The translations under genes were made by a program, and so were the position numbers. A DNA stretch of 64,000 nt from an uncultured virus (IMG/VR IMGVR_UViG_3300020205_001316) (lineage: Duplodnaviria > Heunggongvirae > Uroviricota > Caudoviricetes): IMG/VR virus record IMGVR_UViG_3300020205_001316, one strand, 5' to 3'. Under the pieces are notes generated by a model. The model did not search any database, was not told where the DNA came from, and saw nothing but the letters and a program-made list of their open reading frames with translations. Positions 49,101 through 57,300 of the stretch are shown here, piece by piece (position 1 is the stretch's first letter; the number at the start of each line of letters is the position of its first letter).

Positions 49101-49276
49101 GACATTTCTAATTTTGCGTGAGCTAAGTCTCCCGCTAAATAAATAAGGGAATCTTCTGTTCCCTTTTGCTTTATATCATTAAATAATCTATCAAATACCT
49201 CTCTATATTCCTGGTGTCTTTTTAGATTTCTAATGTGAATGTCCGCAATGTGATAAATTTTCTTTAATTTACTCAT
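46130..49276 (-). CDS. Single-chain Mre11/SbcD-Rad50/SbcC (T4 gp47-gp46-like) recombination nuclease
   Basis: Phosphoesterase motifs DIH, GD, GNHD, HG and GDIH; Walker A NASGKSS; coiled coil with CKFC Zn hook; signature CSGMEK; Walker B VIDEGFG; ISH. Confidence 0.92.
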   Translation of the reverse strand: MSKLKKIYHIADIHIRNLKRHQEYREVFDRLFNDIKQKGTEDSLIYLAGDLAHAKLEMSPELLNEINYFLKKCCELCPTILIAGNHDCNLNNAGRLDVLTPIVEALDLPNLTYLRNTQSYTYGGVRFDTFSIFDEKENWVFEPLTSDTKNIALFHGPVLDATTDVGYTISSRHFTSEMFDGYDLALLGDIHRRQTMISPKGCKVVYPGSLIQQNHGEALDKHGYAIWNMDDLSVEYVDVPNDYGYYTLHVENGVVPDVTDMPIKPRLRVFVSKTDASDIKRVTTEIKKKYKVDEFTITRTDTLARLRTGNKDGKLNVGNVNDPQYQAGLIKDYLGRNYMLDNETLGKIEDLNNKLNKRLNDDDLVKNIAWKPIRFEFDNMFSYGEDNIVNFENMKGLMGVFAPNASGKSSLFDALSFCIFDKSSRAFKAANILNNRKTSFSCKLEFDINDERFFIERTAKTTKKGDAVKCDVNFWKIEGGEIVNLNGDERRGTDKVIESYLGKYEDFVLTALSLQGNNSLFIDKSQSERKDLLAQFMGINVFDKLYDLASEDIKEVQVLLRNFKRTDFTSELATAENKLETLKDEYEEFEIEKEGYEDRQDDLNEEITNLSAQLVPIDGNLDIADLESKQSTLQSQITGSDATIQTKSLSIGKIMDVMAELTIAIDSKKQFNGIDIEVVYSNYQQQQKDLIEATKIYDIAKLHLSSAEETIKHLDNHEYDPNCKFCCDNTFVKDAMRVKELLPQLKEELKQATINATGIQQTLDSWEGIEEQYLQFEDYKAKLEKGKALHKTTYLELSGIITQKELYEAQLTAVELDIERYHANETTIQNNDSLEEQIDIKKQELAGVSKDLREIAARLLDMNGQIVQTQSYITSVTDKMTEAKDLEEKFQIYEYYLDAVKRDGVSYELIAKALPVIEGEVNNILQQIVEFGIVFDMSGKNVNARIVYEDQHWPLEMCSGMEKFVSGLAIRVALINVCNLPRPNFLVIDEGFGTLDSDNLQSIFMMFDYLKTQFDFINIISHLDAMRDIVDTLVEIKKVDGFSQIQYK

Positions 49277-49279
49277 ATT

Positions 49280-50281
49280 TTATTTTAATATACTACTACT
49301 GAAATTAGATAGCTTTTCTTTTAATACGCTTTCCCAACTTAAAGTTACGGAATTTTTCTGATATTTCAAAATATTTTGGAAGTTATTTTCACCCGCATCC
49401 TTACCATCTAACTTAATGTTCCTCACCACCTTTACATATGATTTAATTTTGTTATATAATACCAATGCATCCTCTTGAGCATCGGAATCTAAACAAATAT
49501 AGACCTCAGGATTGGTACTTTTTATAGCCCCCATTAATGTATTTTGAACGAATTTACCTAATAATGGAATAGCATTTCTTTTTAGAGCAATTGCATCAAA
49601 TACACCCTCACATAAAGTAATAGGTTGTTTCCAATTGATTTGATTAGAAAATACTATAACATCTTTAGACACAGGAGGATTTTTATATTTTTGCTTCTCG
49701 TCAGGAAAGATGCTTCTTGCTATAAAATAATTCAATTGATTTCTACTATCATACGAAGGAACGATAATTCTACCACCATATAATCCTTTTGGACAAAATC
49801 CGATGTTATACCTAATAATATGTTTTTTAGTAATACCTCTTTGTTTAAGATATGCAATTGCGTTTCTTTCTAATGGATTTGATATACTACTTGATAATTC
49901 TAATGCTGATTTAAATTCTGGTGGTAAAAATAATTGTGATGTATTTTCGGTTTCTTGTTCTCCCGCTTCTGATGTAATATTATCTAACAGTTCTTTAATA
50001 GAACCACCCCAATCATCTTTTAGTTTCTTTCTTATTTCTGCACTAATACCACAATGACCTATCAAATCATTTAGGTCTATATCATTCATTCCAATTCTCT
50101 TACCTAAATAAATAAGATTACCACCCGCATTACAAGTCCAACAATGAAACTTAAAAGTCTTATCGTTTATTTGTAGTTTTGGTTTAGCGTGATGACAGAA
50201 AGGACAATGATATGCATGCTCATTTTTCTTTAGAGGTTTGCTTGGTCCTATGTATTTATCAAAAAGTTGTATTATCTCCAT
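49280..50281 (-). CDS. DNA primase (Zn finger plus TOPRIM)
   Basis: CPFC...HCWTC, YLKQRGI, KYKNP, EGVFDA and LDSDA. Confidence 0.85.
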   Translation of the reverse strand: MEIIQLFDKYIGPSKPLKKNEHAYHCPFCHHAKPKLQINDKTFKFHCWTCNAGGNLIYLGKRIGMNDIDLNDLIGHCGISAEIRKKLKDDWGGSIKELLDNITSEAGEQETENTSQLFLPPEFKSALELSSSISNPLERNAIAYLKQRGITKKHIIRYNIGFCPKGLYGGRIIVPSYDSRNQLNYFIARSIFPDEKQKYKNPPVSKDVIVFSNQINWKQPITLCEGVFDAIALKRNAIPLLGKFVQNTLMGAIKSTNPEVYICLDSDAQEDALVLYNKIKSYVKVVRNIKLDGKDAGENNFQNILKYQKNSVTLSWESVLKEKLSNFSSSILK

Positions 50282-50285
50282 ATAT

Positions 50286-50317
50286 CAAAGATATGGAAAA
50301 TAGTCCAAATTACCAAA
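50286..50317 (-). promoter_or_regulatory. Consensus Bacteroidota housekeeping-sigma promoter (-33 TTTG / -7 TAnnTTTG)
   Basis: TTTG (50314-50317), a 20 nt spacer, then TATCTTTG (50286-50293); 4 nt from ATG 50281. Confidence 0.75.
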
Positions 50318-50725
50318 TTATTCTGAGAACCATTCTTCAGGTATTACCTTATCGGCATACTTAAATCCATGCTTCTCACACCAATCGGCGTAGGTAGTTT
50401 TGGATTTTTTAGTTATTTTGTTCTTTGAATTGGTAAATACGAAACGAATATCTATTGTAGGGTTTTGTTCTTTAACTAATAGATGTTTTTTTCTATCTTG
50501 TAATACAAACCTACCTTTTGTTTCTACCCTAATATTATTGGGTAATTTAAAATCAGGACTATATGTGTGAGGTGAGGAAGGTATAATATAATTAACCTTT
50601 TCAGTTTCATATTCTACTTTAATACCCATTGATTCGATTTGTTGGGAAACCGTATCTTCTAATCCACTTTTATAACCATTCTTTTTTGCTACCCAACCTG
50701 TTTTTGTAACCTTTTTTTTACTCAT
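50318..50725 (-). CDS. T7 endonuclease I-like Holliday junction resolvase
   Basis: YKSGLE, YSPDF, VETKGRF, DIRFVF and TTYADWC.K.GF. Confidence 0.88.
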   Translation of the reverse strand: MSKKKVTKTGWVAKKNGYKSGLEDTVSQQIESMGIKVEYETEKVNYIIPSSPHTYSPDFKLPNNIRVETKGRFVLQDRKKHLLVKEQNPTIDIRFVFTNSKNKITKKSKTTYADWCEKHGFKYADKVIPEEWFSE

Positions 50726-51114
50726 TATCCCTTTGGATTTGTTAACGCACCACCATTAAAGGTTTTAGTAGGATTATATCCTTTTATCTTCTTTTCGCTA
50801 GCGCTAAATGCAACACCCAGTGTATAATCATTATTTGTATTTAATGGGTCAAATTCTCCTACGCTCTTTGTATTTGTTTTATCTAACATATTAAAATCAG
50901 ACTGATTTATATCTGCTTTTGTTCTATTTGCAATAAATCCTCTAGCCGCATCACCTTCATACTTTAATGTAAATTGTTGTGGTGTTATACCTTTAATAAC
51001 ATCAGTAGTTGCTGGATGTTGTACAGCCGCTTGGTTTGCGGTCTTTCTACCTGCAAATGAATTATTAATTCCTAATTTAAATACACCTGCTTTGTATAAA
51101 TCTAATATTGCCAT
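50725..51114 (-). CDS. Hypothetical late protein
   Basis: 129 aa; has both a late element and an SD-like AAAAAGGA upstream. Confidence 0.55.
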   Translation of the reverse strand: MAILDLYKAGVFKLGINNSFAGRKTANQAAVQHPATTDVIKGITPQQFTLKYEGDAARGFIANRTKADINQSDFNMLDKTNTKSVGEFDPLNTNNDYTLGVAFSASEKKIKGYNPTKTFNGGALTNPKG

Positions 51115-51136
51115 TTTAAAATTCCTTTTTGTTTAA

Positions 51137-51145
51137 TATAAATAT
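51137..51145 (-). promoter_or_regulatory. Putative late promoter element ATATTTATA
   Basis: Intergenic, 22 nt upstream of ATG 51114. Confidence 0.6.
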
Positions 51146-51148
51146 ATG

Positions 51149-52327
51149 TTAACTGTCAAATCGAACTAAAAAGTTTACAGGAAGGTCTGGCATTGATTTT
51201 ACAGGCTTTGCTAATTTAGCTACTGCTACCATATCCATATTCTCATCATATAAACCAATCGTTGTAATATAGGGTGCCAAATAAGAACCAGTTGTATCTA
51301 TCGATGCACTATATTCATATACATCAAATCCACTTGCACTAACACCATTATTTGCTGAAACATATGGAGTATTTAATGTAGTTCTTTGGTATTTATCACT
51401 ATTTCTCCATGCTTTAACTCCTTCAAATGTTGTATTTATTGAACCCGTTACAACATTTAATTCACTATATGTGGTTGGGTTTGTTGATACATTAAATTCA
51501 TCTTCACCTACTACTAATAAAAATTCATTTTCGTAAATAGTATTTGTAGATTTATAAGTTAAACTATATTGATTTAAAGCATTTTCTCTGGCCGCACCTA
51601 TTTGTGTTTGTTTTGTAAGAGTAATAATACCATGCGAATAAAATACATTACCTACATTTGGAATAACCAAGTTAGATAGTGACGTTGTTAATCCTGTAAA
51701 GGTTAATGTTTTATTTTCAATATCAACTACTAAATTTGTAAATGGTAAATCGCCCTCATCCTCAAAATAAATAATTCCAGTATTCATATCAATACTATAC
51801 GGACTTCCTATTGCCCATAAATTTAAAGTATATGAAACAAGTTCTACATCTAAAAATACAATCCTTTCTTCTGGTATATTAAATTCTAATAATTCATATG
51901 TATTTCTATCTGAGAATAAGTTACTAAATCCATCATCATTTATATTGTCATCCGTTTCCTCTAATACCAATTGTATTGAATTTTTCTTAATCCCTTCTCC
52001 AAATTTTGTTTGTGGTATTTTTAAAACCAATGCTCTATCGTTTATAACTCTTTGTTTAGCATCAATATATGGTGTATATTTTGGTTTAAAATCTCCAAAA
52101 GATACAAATGGATTTAATGCATTATCACCATTGTAATACATTGTTTTTAATTGATGATATAATGCTTTCTTTTCTAATATAGTAGAATCAGTATATCCCA
52201 AATTAGTTGAATCTTCTGCAATTGAAACAATATATCCACTACCACTACTATTTTCAGTTGCAGTAAACGTTTTATACACCTTAAAAGGTCTTAAATTAAT
52301 ATCGGATTTTGGGATGCGTTTTAACAT
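51149..52327 (-). CDS. Baseplate/tail structural protein
   Basis: C-terminal PYITTIGLYD...VAVAKLAKPVK...VRFD shared with 52437-53663. Confidence 0.6.
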   Translation of the reverse strand: MLKRIPKSDINLRPFKVYKTFTATENSSGSGYIVSIAEDSTNLGYTDSTILEKKALYHQLKTMYYNGDNALNPFVSFGDFKPKYTPYIDAKQRVINDRALVLKIPQTKFGEGIKKNSIQLVLEETDDNINDDGFSNLFSDRNTYELLEFNIPEERIVFLDVELVSYTLNLWAIGSPYSIDMNTGIIYFEDEGDLPFTNLVVDIENKTLTFTGLTTSLSNLVIPNVGNVFYSHGIITLTKQTQIGAARENALNQYSLTYKSTNTIYENEFLLVVGEDEFNVSTNPTTYSELNVVTGSINTTFEGVKAWRNSDKYQRTTLNTPYVSANNGVSASGFDVYEYSASIDTTGSYLAPYITTIGLYDENMDMVAVAKLAKPVKSMPDLPVNFLVRFDS

Positions 52328-52334
52328 AATCTAT

Positions 52335-52343
52335 TATAAATAT
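52335..52343 (-). promoter_or_regulatory. Putative late promoter element ATATTTATA
   Basis: 7 nt upstream of ATG 52327, immediately after a terminator. Confidence 0.65.
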
Positions 52344-52350
52344 CTTATTA

Positions 52351-52381
52351 AACAAAAACCCAACTTTTTTAAGGTTGGGTT
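52351..52381 (-). terminator. Rho-independent terminator
   Basis: Minus strand reads AACCCAAC-CTTAAAAAA-GTTGGGTT followed by TTTGTT, downstream of ORF 52437-53663. Confidence 0.75.
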
Positions 52382-52436
52382 CTTAAGTTATGTGTTTGGT
52401 TTTTGTCCTACGATACTCCCAAACAAATCTTTTTTA

Positions 52437-53663
52437 TTAGAAATCTAACTTAACTTTCAATAATAATTCTTTACTGAAAGATTTGGCAATTGGTTGAGAT
52501 GTTTTAGCTACTGCAATCATTTCATTTGCATCGTTATACAAACCAACTGTTGTAATATATGTTAATGGATCTACTTGGAATGTTGGTTGTTTCATTGAAC
52601 CGGTTACATCTACATATGTAGGATTATTTGAGAAGTTAAATTCTCTATTATTAACTCTTACAAAATAATGTGCCGTTGATACATTTTCAATTCTACGAGC
52701 TTGAAAATCACCACCACCACTAATTGCATTAAATAAATTTTTGTGTTTAAATTCATACGAAGAAGATACACTTGTACCTGCCAATGCCCCACCTACACTT
52801 GCACTTAAGGCTAATGGATTGAATACCATTATACCATAATCAGGATAGAATTTACCAAAACCATATCCACCAGTTGGTGTAGAATAATTTGTAATTGAAT
52901 TTCCTAAATTTGTTCCTAAATTTAATGAACCTTCAACAATGTTGTATTCGTTTGTACCCGCATTTGTAGTATTGAATTTTTCACCACTATCATCAATAAA
53001 AGTTTTTGAACCCCAACTACCACTTAATGTGATTGACCAGTTACCTGGATCAACTCTTTCTCTATAATTTGCTCTACTAATATTAATAGCATAAATGTCA
53101 TCTGAAGTCATACCATCTAATGTACTTCCACTATAAAAACGGAATTTAGGTTCATCAGTATCAGTTAATAATGCTCTATATTGAAAATATGTAGCTTTTG
53201 TTGGTAAAGTTGCATCATCATCATTTCCTAATGTCATTGCACCCGCACCACTAATATGTCCATAAGCTACTGCAAATTCAGGAGTTGTAGAACCAGTAAT
53301 ATAAACATTATAATAATATTCATCTGTTTTTGAACCACTATTTCCTGCAACTGAAGAATTTGAACCCGTAACTAATGTAGTAGATCCTGTACCAATACTA
53401 CCATTACCATTACTCCATAATCCTGTTGTTACAATTTCATTTTTAGCAGGAACAATATCAGTTGTATTAAATGTTTTATATACGGAATTAGTAGTTACTC
53501 CAGTTTCCATTATTAACTTCTCACCTGTTGTAAGGTAGTTGTTGATAATAGCTGCTAATTGAGTTGTATCTAATGTTCCATTAGCATTTTGCTTTTGTTG
53601 ATTAAGATACGTTGCTAAATCGTTTGTTAATTGTGTTCCCGTATTTGTACCTAAAGTTGCCAT
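52437..53663 (-). CDS. Baseplate/tail structural protein (paralog of 51149-52327)
   Basis: FNFSNNPT, YITTVGLYND..IAVAKTSQPI and VKLDF; S/T/G-rich. Confidence 0.6.
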   Translation of the reverse strand: MATLGTNTGTQLTNDLATYLNQQKQNANGTLDTTQLAAIINNYLTTGEKLIMETGVTTNSVYKTFNTTDIVPAKNEIVTTGLWSNGNGSIGTGSTTLVTGSNSSVAGNSGSKTDEYYYNVYITGSTTPEFAVAYGHISGAGAMTLGNDDDATLPTKATYFQYRALLTDTDEPKFRFYSGSTLDGMTSDDIYAINISRANYRERVDPGNWSITLSGSWGSKTFIDDSGEKFNTTNAGTNEYNIVEGSLNLGTNLGNSITNYSTPTGGYGFGKFYPDYGIMVFNPLALSASVGGALAGTSVSSSYEFKHKNLFNAISGGGDFQARRIENVSTAHYFVRVNNREFNFSNNPTYVDVTGSMKQPTFQVDPLTYITTVGLYNDANEMIAVAKTSQPIAKSFSKELLLKVKLDF

Positions 53664-53680
53664 ATTCGTTTGTTATTATT

Positions 53681-54304
53681 TTATGCTGCTACATAAGTAA
53701 CTGTTACAGGAATAGTAATACTACCACCAGTTTCGTTACCAAATATAGTTAATGTTGTTGTTAATGTAGAAGTTAATGAACCATTAGGAATGAAAGTAAA
53801 TGTCATACCTTTAACTACCTCTGCCGTTGCAGTTACACTATTTGTAAATGTAGTTGAGGTTGTTGTTACATTTGCTAATCCTTCACCAACGATAGTACCT
53901 GCATTTTTATTACCTAATACTGCGGTATAACCACCATTTTTATTTCCTGCTGGAGATGTAGAAGGTGTAATTGGAAATTGTCCACCTGTTGTTTTAGCTG
54001 AAATCGTGGATGCATTAATTGAAACTACCGGTAATTTTGTTGTACCTTTTGGTAATGTTACTAATTTATATTTCAATGCTTGCGTTTCATCTGGACTAGC
54101 TTCTAAAATTGGAGTTGCTAAAATAGCTGAATCATAATATGCAGACCCCTTTGGATGTCCTGCATCATATAAATCGTAATCAATTTCATCATCACCCAAT
54201 GCGAATTGCGAAATGTTTAATGGTTGACCAGCTGCTAATTTTTCTCTACCTTTTTTTGTAAGGATAGCATCTACTGTAATTGTTGTGTTATCTAAATATG
54301 CCAT
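53681..54304 (-). CDS. Tail/baseplate structural protein (tail-collar-like N-terminus)
   Basis: ILTKKGREKLA...ISQFALGDDEIDY; Thr-rich Ig-like C-terminus. Confidence 0.55.
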   Translation of the reverse strand: MAYLDNTTITVDAILTKKGREKLAAGQPLNISQFALGDDEIDYDLYDAGHPKGSAYYDSAILATPILEASPDETQALKYKLVTLPKGTTKLPVVSINASTISAKTTGGQFPITPSTSPAGNKNGGYTAVLGNKNAGTIVGEGLANVTTTSTTFTNSVTATAEVVKGMTFTFIPNGSLTSTLTTTLTIFGNETGGSITIPVTVTYVAA

Positions 54305-54323
54305 AGTTTGTTTATTATTCTGT

Positions 54324-54332
54324 TATAAATAT
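54324..54332 (-). promoter_or_regulatory. Putative late promoter element ATATTTATA
   Basis: Intergenic, 19 nt upstream of ATG 54304. Confidence 0.6.
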
Positions 54333-54359
54333 ATAAAATATTTTTTTGTTACATTATTT

Positions 54360-57300
54360 TTAATCTACTTCTAATATTGGTTCGTTATTACTTCTACCTT
54401 GTGATGTTACTCTTAATGTGGTTGGGTTAGTTGTAAATGTTTCAACCGGTGATTTTCCATCTATGGTTGTATAAGAACTTGTTACACCATTTTCAATATA
54501 AGATGTTTGTTTACATCCTCTATAAAACAAATTTTCAATACCACTATGTTTATCACCTTTATAAATATAATGTGATGGTAAATATCCACTAGCAGTTGTA
54601 ATTGCTACTATTTTATCTTTACCATTTAATTTTAAGCCTACACTTGCACTAAAGTCTTGTACAATTAATTCTTGTGAATACGATGATGTTACTATATTTT
54701 GTTCACTACCACTCACACCATTAACTGTTAATTGTGTAAGAATAGTATTTTGTTTTGTTACTAAAAATGCTCTTATACCTTTAGATTTTACTGAACCATT
54801 TTCTTCATAAAAATATTTACCATATCCATTATTAAAATATGTTCCATATCCATAATCACTATATCTATCAAATCCAATAATAGAGTTTCCATAATTTAAA
54901 TCTAATTCTGTTAATATGGTAGGGTCTTTTAATCTAAAATCAATTTCACCTTCATATGTTATATACGAAGCATCCGCCACATTTTCTAAATCAGTATTAA
55001 TTGTAGTAGTAATTGAATCTACTTCTGCATTAAAATTATATGTATTTGATGCAATAAGTGTTCCATCTAAGGTTTCGTTTACACCACTAATGTTTTCAAT
55101 AGAAGCAGTTAAATTTAAATTAGCTTCTTTGTAATCAAACGTAGAAGATAAGTCAGTAATTTGTGTTTCGGTTATTACACCATCTAAACTTTCAGCAGTT
55201 GCTTCTGGTCTATTTATTTTAATTCGGTTTCGTTCTAATAAATGTGGTGCTATTAAAAGACCTGTTGTTGTTACTGCTCTTACTGGTAACATTTCTTTTA
55301 AATTAACAAATAATGATTTATCGTAAAATTTAATTAAACGAATAAATTCATATAAGTTTCTTTCACCCACTCTTTCAAAATAATAATTTCTTAAATTATC
55401 TAATTCAGGATAATTTATAGTATTGTATTCATATTGAGGGTCACCGATAAAATCATCAAATGATTCACCACCTAACGATTTTGCAATATCTAAATCTAAA
55501 TCTTTATTCGGAGAGAAAAATAAACCAACTCTATTAGAATCTTTTGTAGAACTTTCAAATGCTTTTTTAGTTGCTCTTTTTATTGGAGATAAATTATTTA
55601 CTAATTCTTGTGATTCTAATCTTACTTTATTTGTATAATATCTGCTTGCTCCACTATTAGGAATTGTTAATGCTACTTCTCTTTCTAATACATCATAATT
55701 AAATGGATATGCACTTGCGGTTGCAAACCCACTTGCACTAACCGCTGCTACATAAGTCAAAGAAGGTGCAATATTATTAATAGTTCGATTAGATGCTAAA
55801 TTTTGAGGTCTTTCGAAATCTAATCTTAATAATAAATCTTGCGTTGAACTATGTAAATGATTACCATTAATAGCTTCCGGCATAATGACGTGATTATTAA
55901 ATACACTTTCACTTAAATTAGTTTCCCATAATCTAATTTCTTCTAAATGCCCTTTAAAACCTGTAAATGATAATGTAGAGGTGGCTTCGTAATTACTACC
56001 TGTAATATTTTTTGTCCATTCGCCACTATGTATTATTCTATCTTTATCATTTGTTTTAGCGTATACATTAACGGAACTACTACTTTTGTTAAGTAATATA
56101 CTATGATAGTTTCCATCATAAAATGGATACGAAGAATCTACCGAACTACCATTTACTCTAATATAACCATATTTACTACCAATAATAGAGGATGCTGTAT
56201 CTTTTACTATTTCTAATTTAAAATCGCCACTACCCGTTAGTAACATATAATTTTCAAACTCATTTGGTTTAAATTTAAACTCAATTGATTGTGGTTTAGG
56301 TGTTCCGGTAAATGGAATTTCTAAACTCGCACTTATATTATCAAATACTAAATTATGTGTTAAACTTTCATATATAAACTTAGGTGCATCTTCTACTATA
56401 TCAATATTAGGTCCACCAAATTCCATTATAGAAAGATTTGATGATGGTATACCATAACAAGTTAATAAAGCTTTAATACCCCTATGTGAACCTTTATGTT
56501 TTAATAAATAAGGTAAGTTATTAGCAATTCTTCTCCAAACTTGATGTGTAGCTTTTTCCGGTGTGATTAATTCTATATTCTCACCTAAATGCTCATCTGA
56601 TGTAAATGAACCAGTAACACCACTATTATTATAACCAAAGGTATAATCCCAAAGTTGTTTATTTGAATTTAAATTTTTAGGATTCCAACCAAATGATTGT
56701 AAATATTGATATAAGAATTTATCTTCAATGCCATCTGTATTAGTTTCAGCTATTTTCTTTTGGTCACTCATTCCTTTAATATACGACCAAATAATATCAA
56801 AATAATTACCAATCATGTCTAAAAATAAAAGATAATCTATATTTCCATTATCTTCTACAATATGAAGTGGTATGTTATTTTTTAATGCATTATTATTATT
56901 TTTATCAAATTCCGCTGCTGTATTTAAATAACTGGTATATAATGTTGCAGTATTAGAATCATATTCTTCCGGTTGTCCATATGAATTAAAAGAAGTAATA
57001 AATGAACCAGTAAATATACTTTGTGTTAAATAAGTTTCCCAACTATCTAATCCAGTTAATAAATTTGTTTTTTTAGTTTCTATATTAACCGAATCTAATT
57101 GAGCGGTAATTGATGTTGAATCACTTAATATATCAATGTTTGTTTGATACAATTCTGCTAATTCTTTTTTGTATCTAAAGTTTGCTAATCTTTCAACCGC
57201 ACTACTATATTTTACAAAATTAGAAAAATTACTATAATCAATATTAATACCATTTACATCAATAAAATTTTCTACTAAATATTTATCTACTATTTGTTGT

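Noticed and set aside
52393..52425. Second inverted repeat tgtttgg/ccaaaca upstream of the terminator
   Set aside because: It is a 7-bp stem with a large loop and no U-tract; there is not enough evidence for a separate element.
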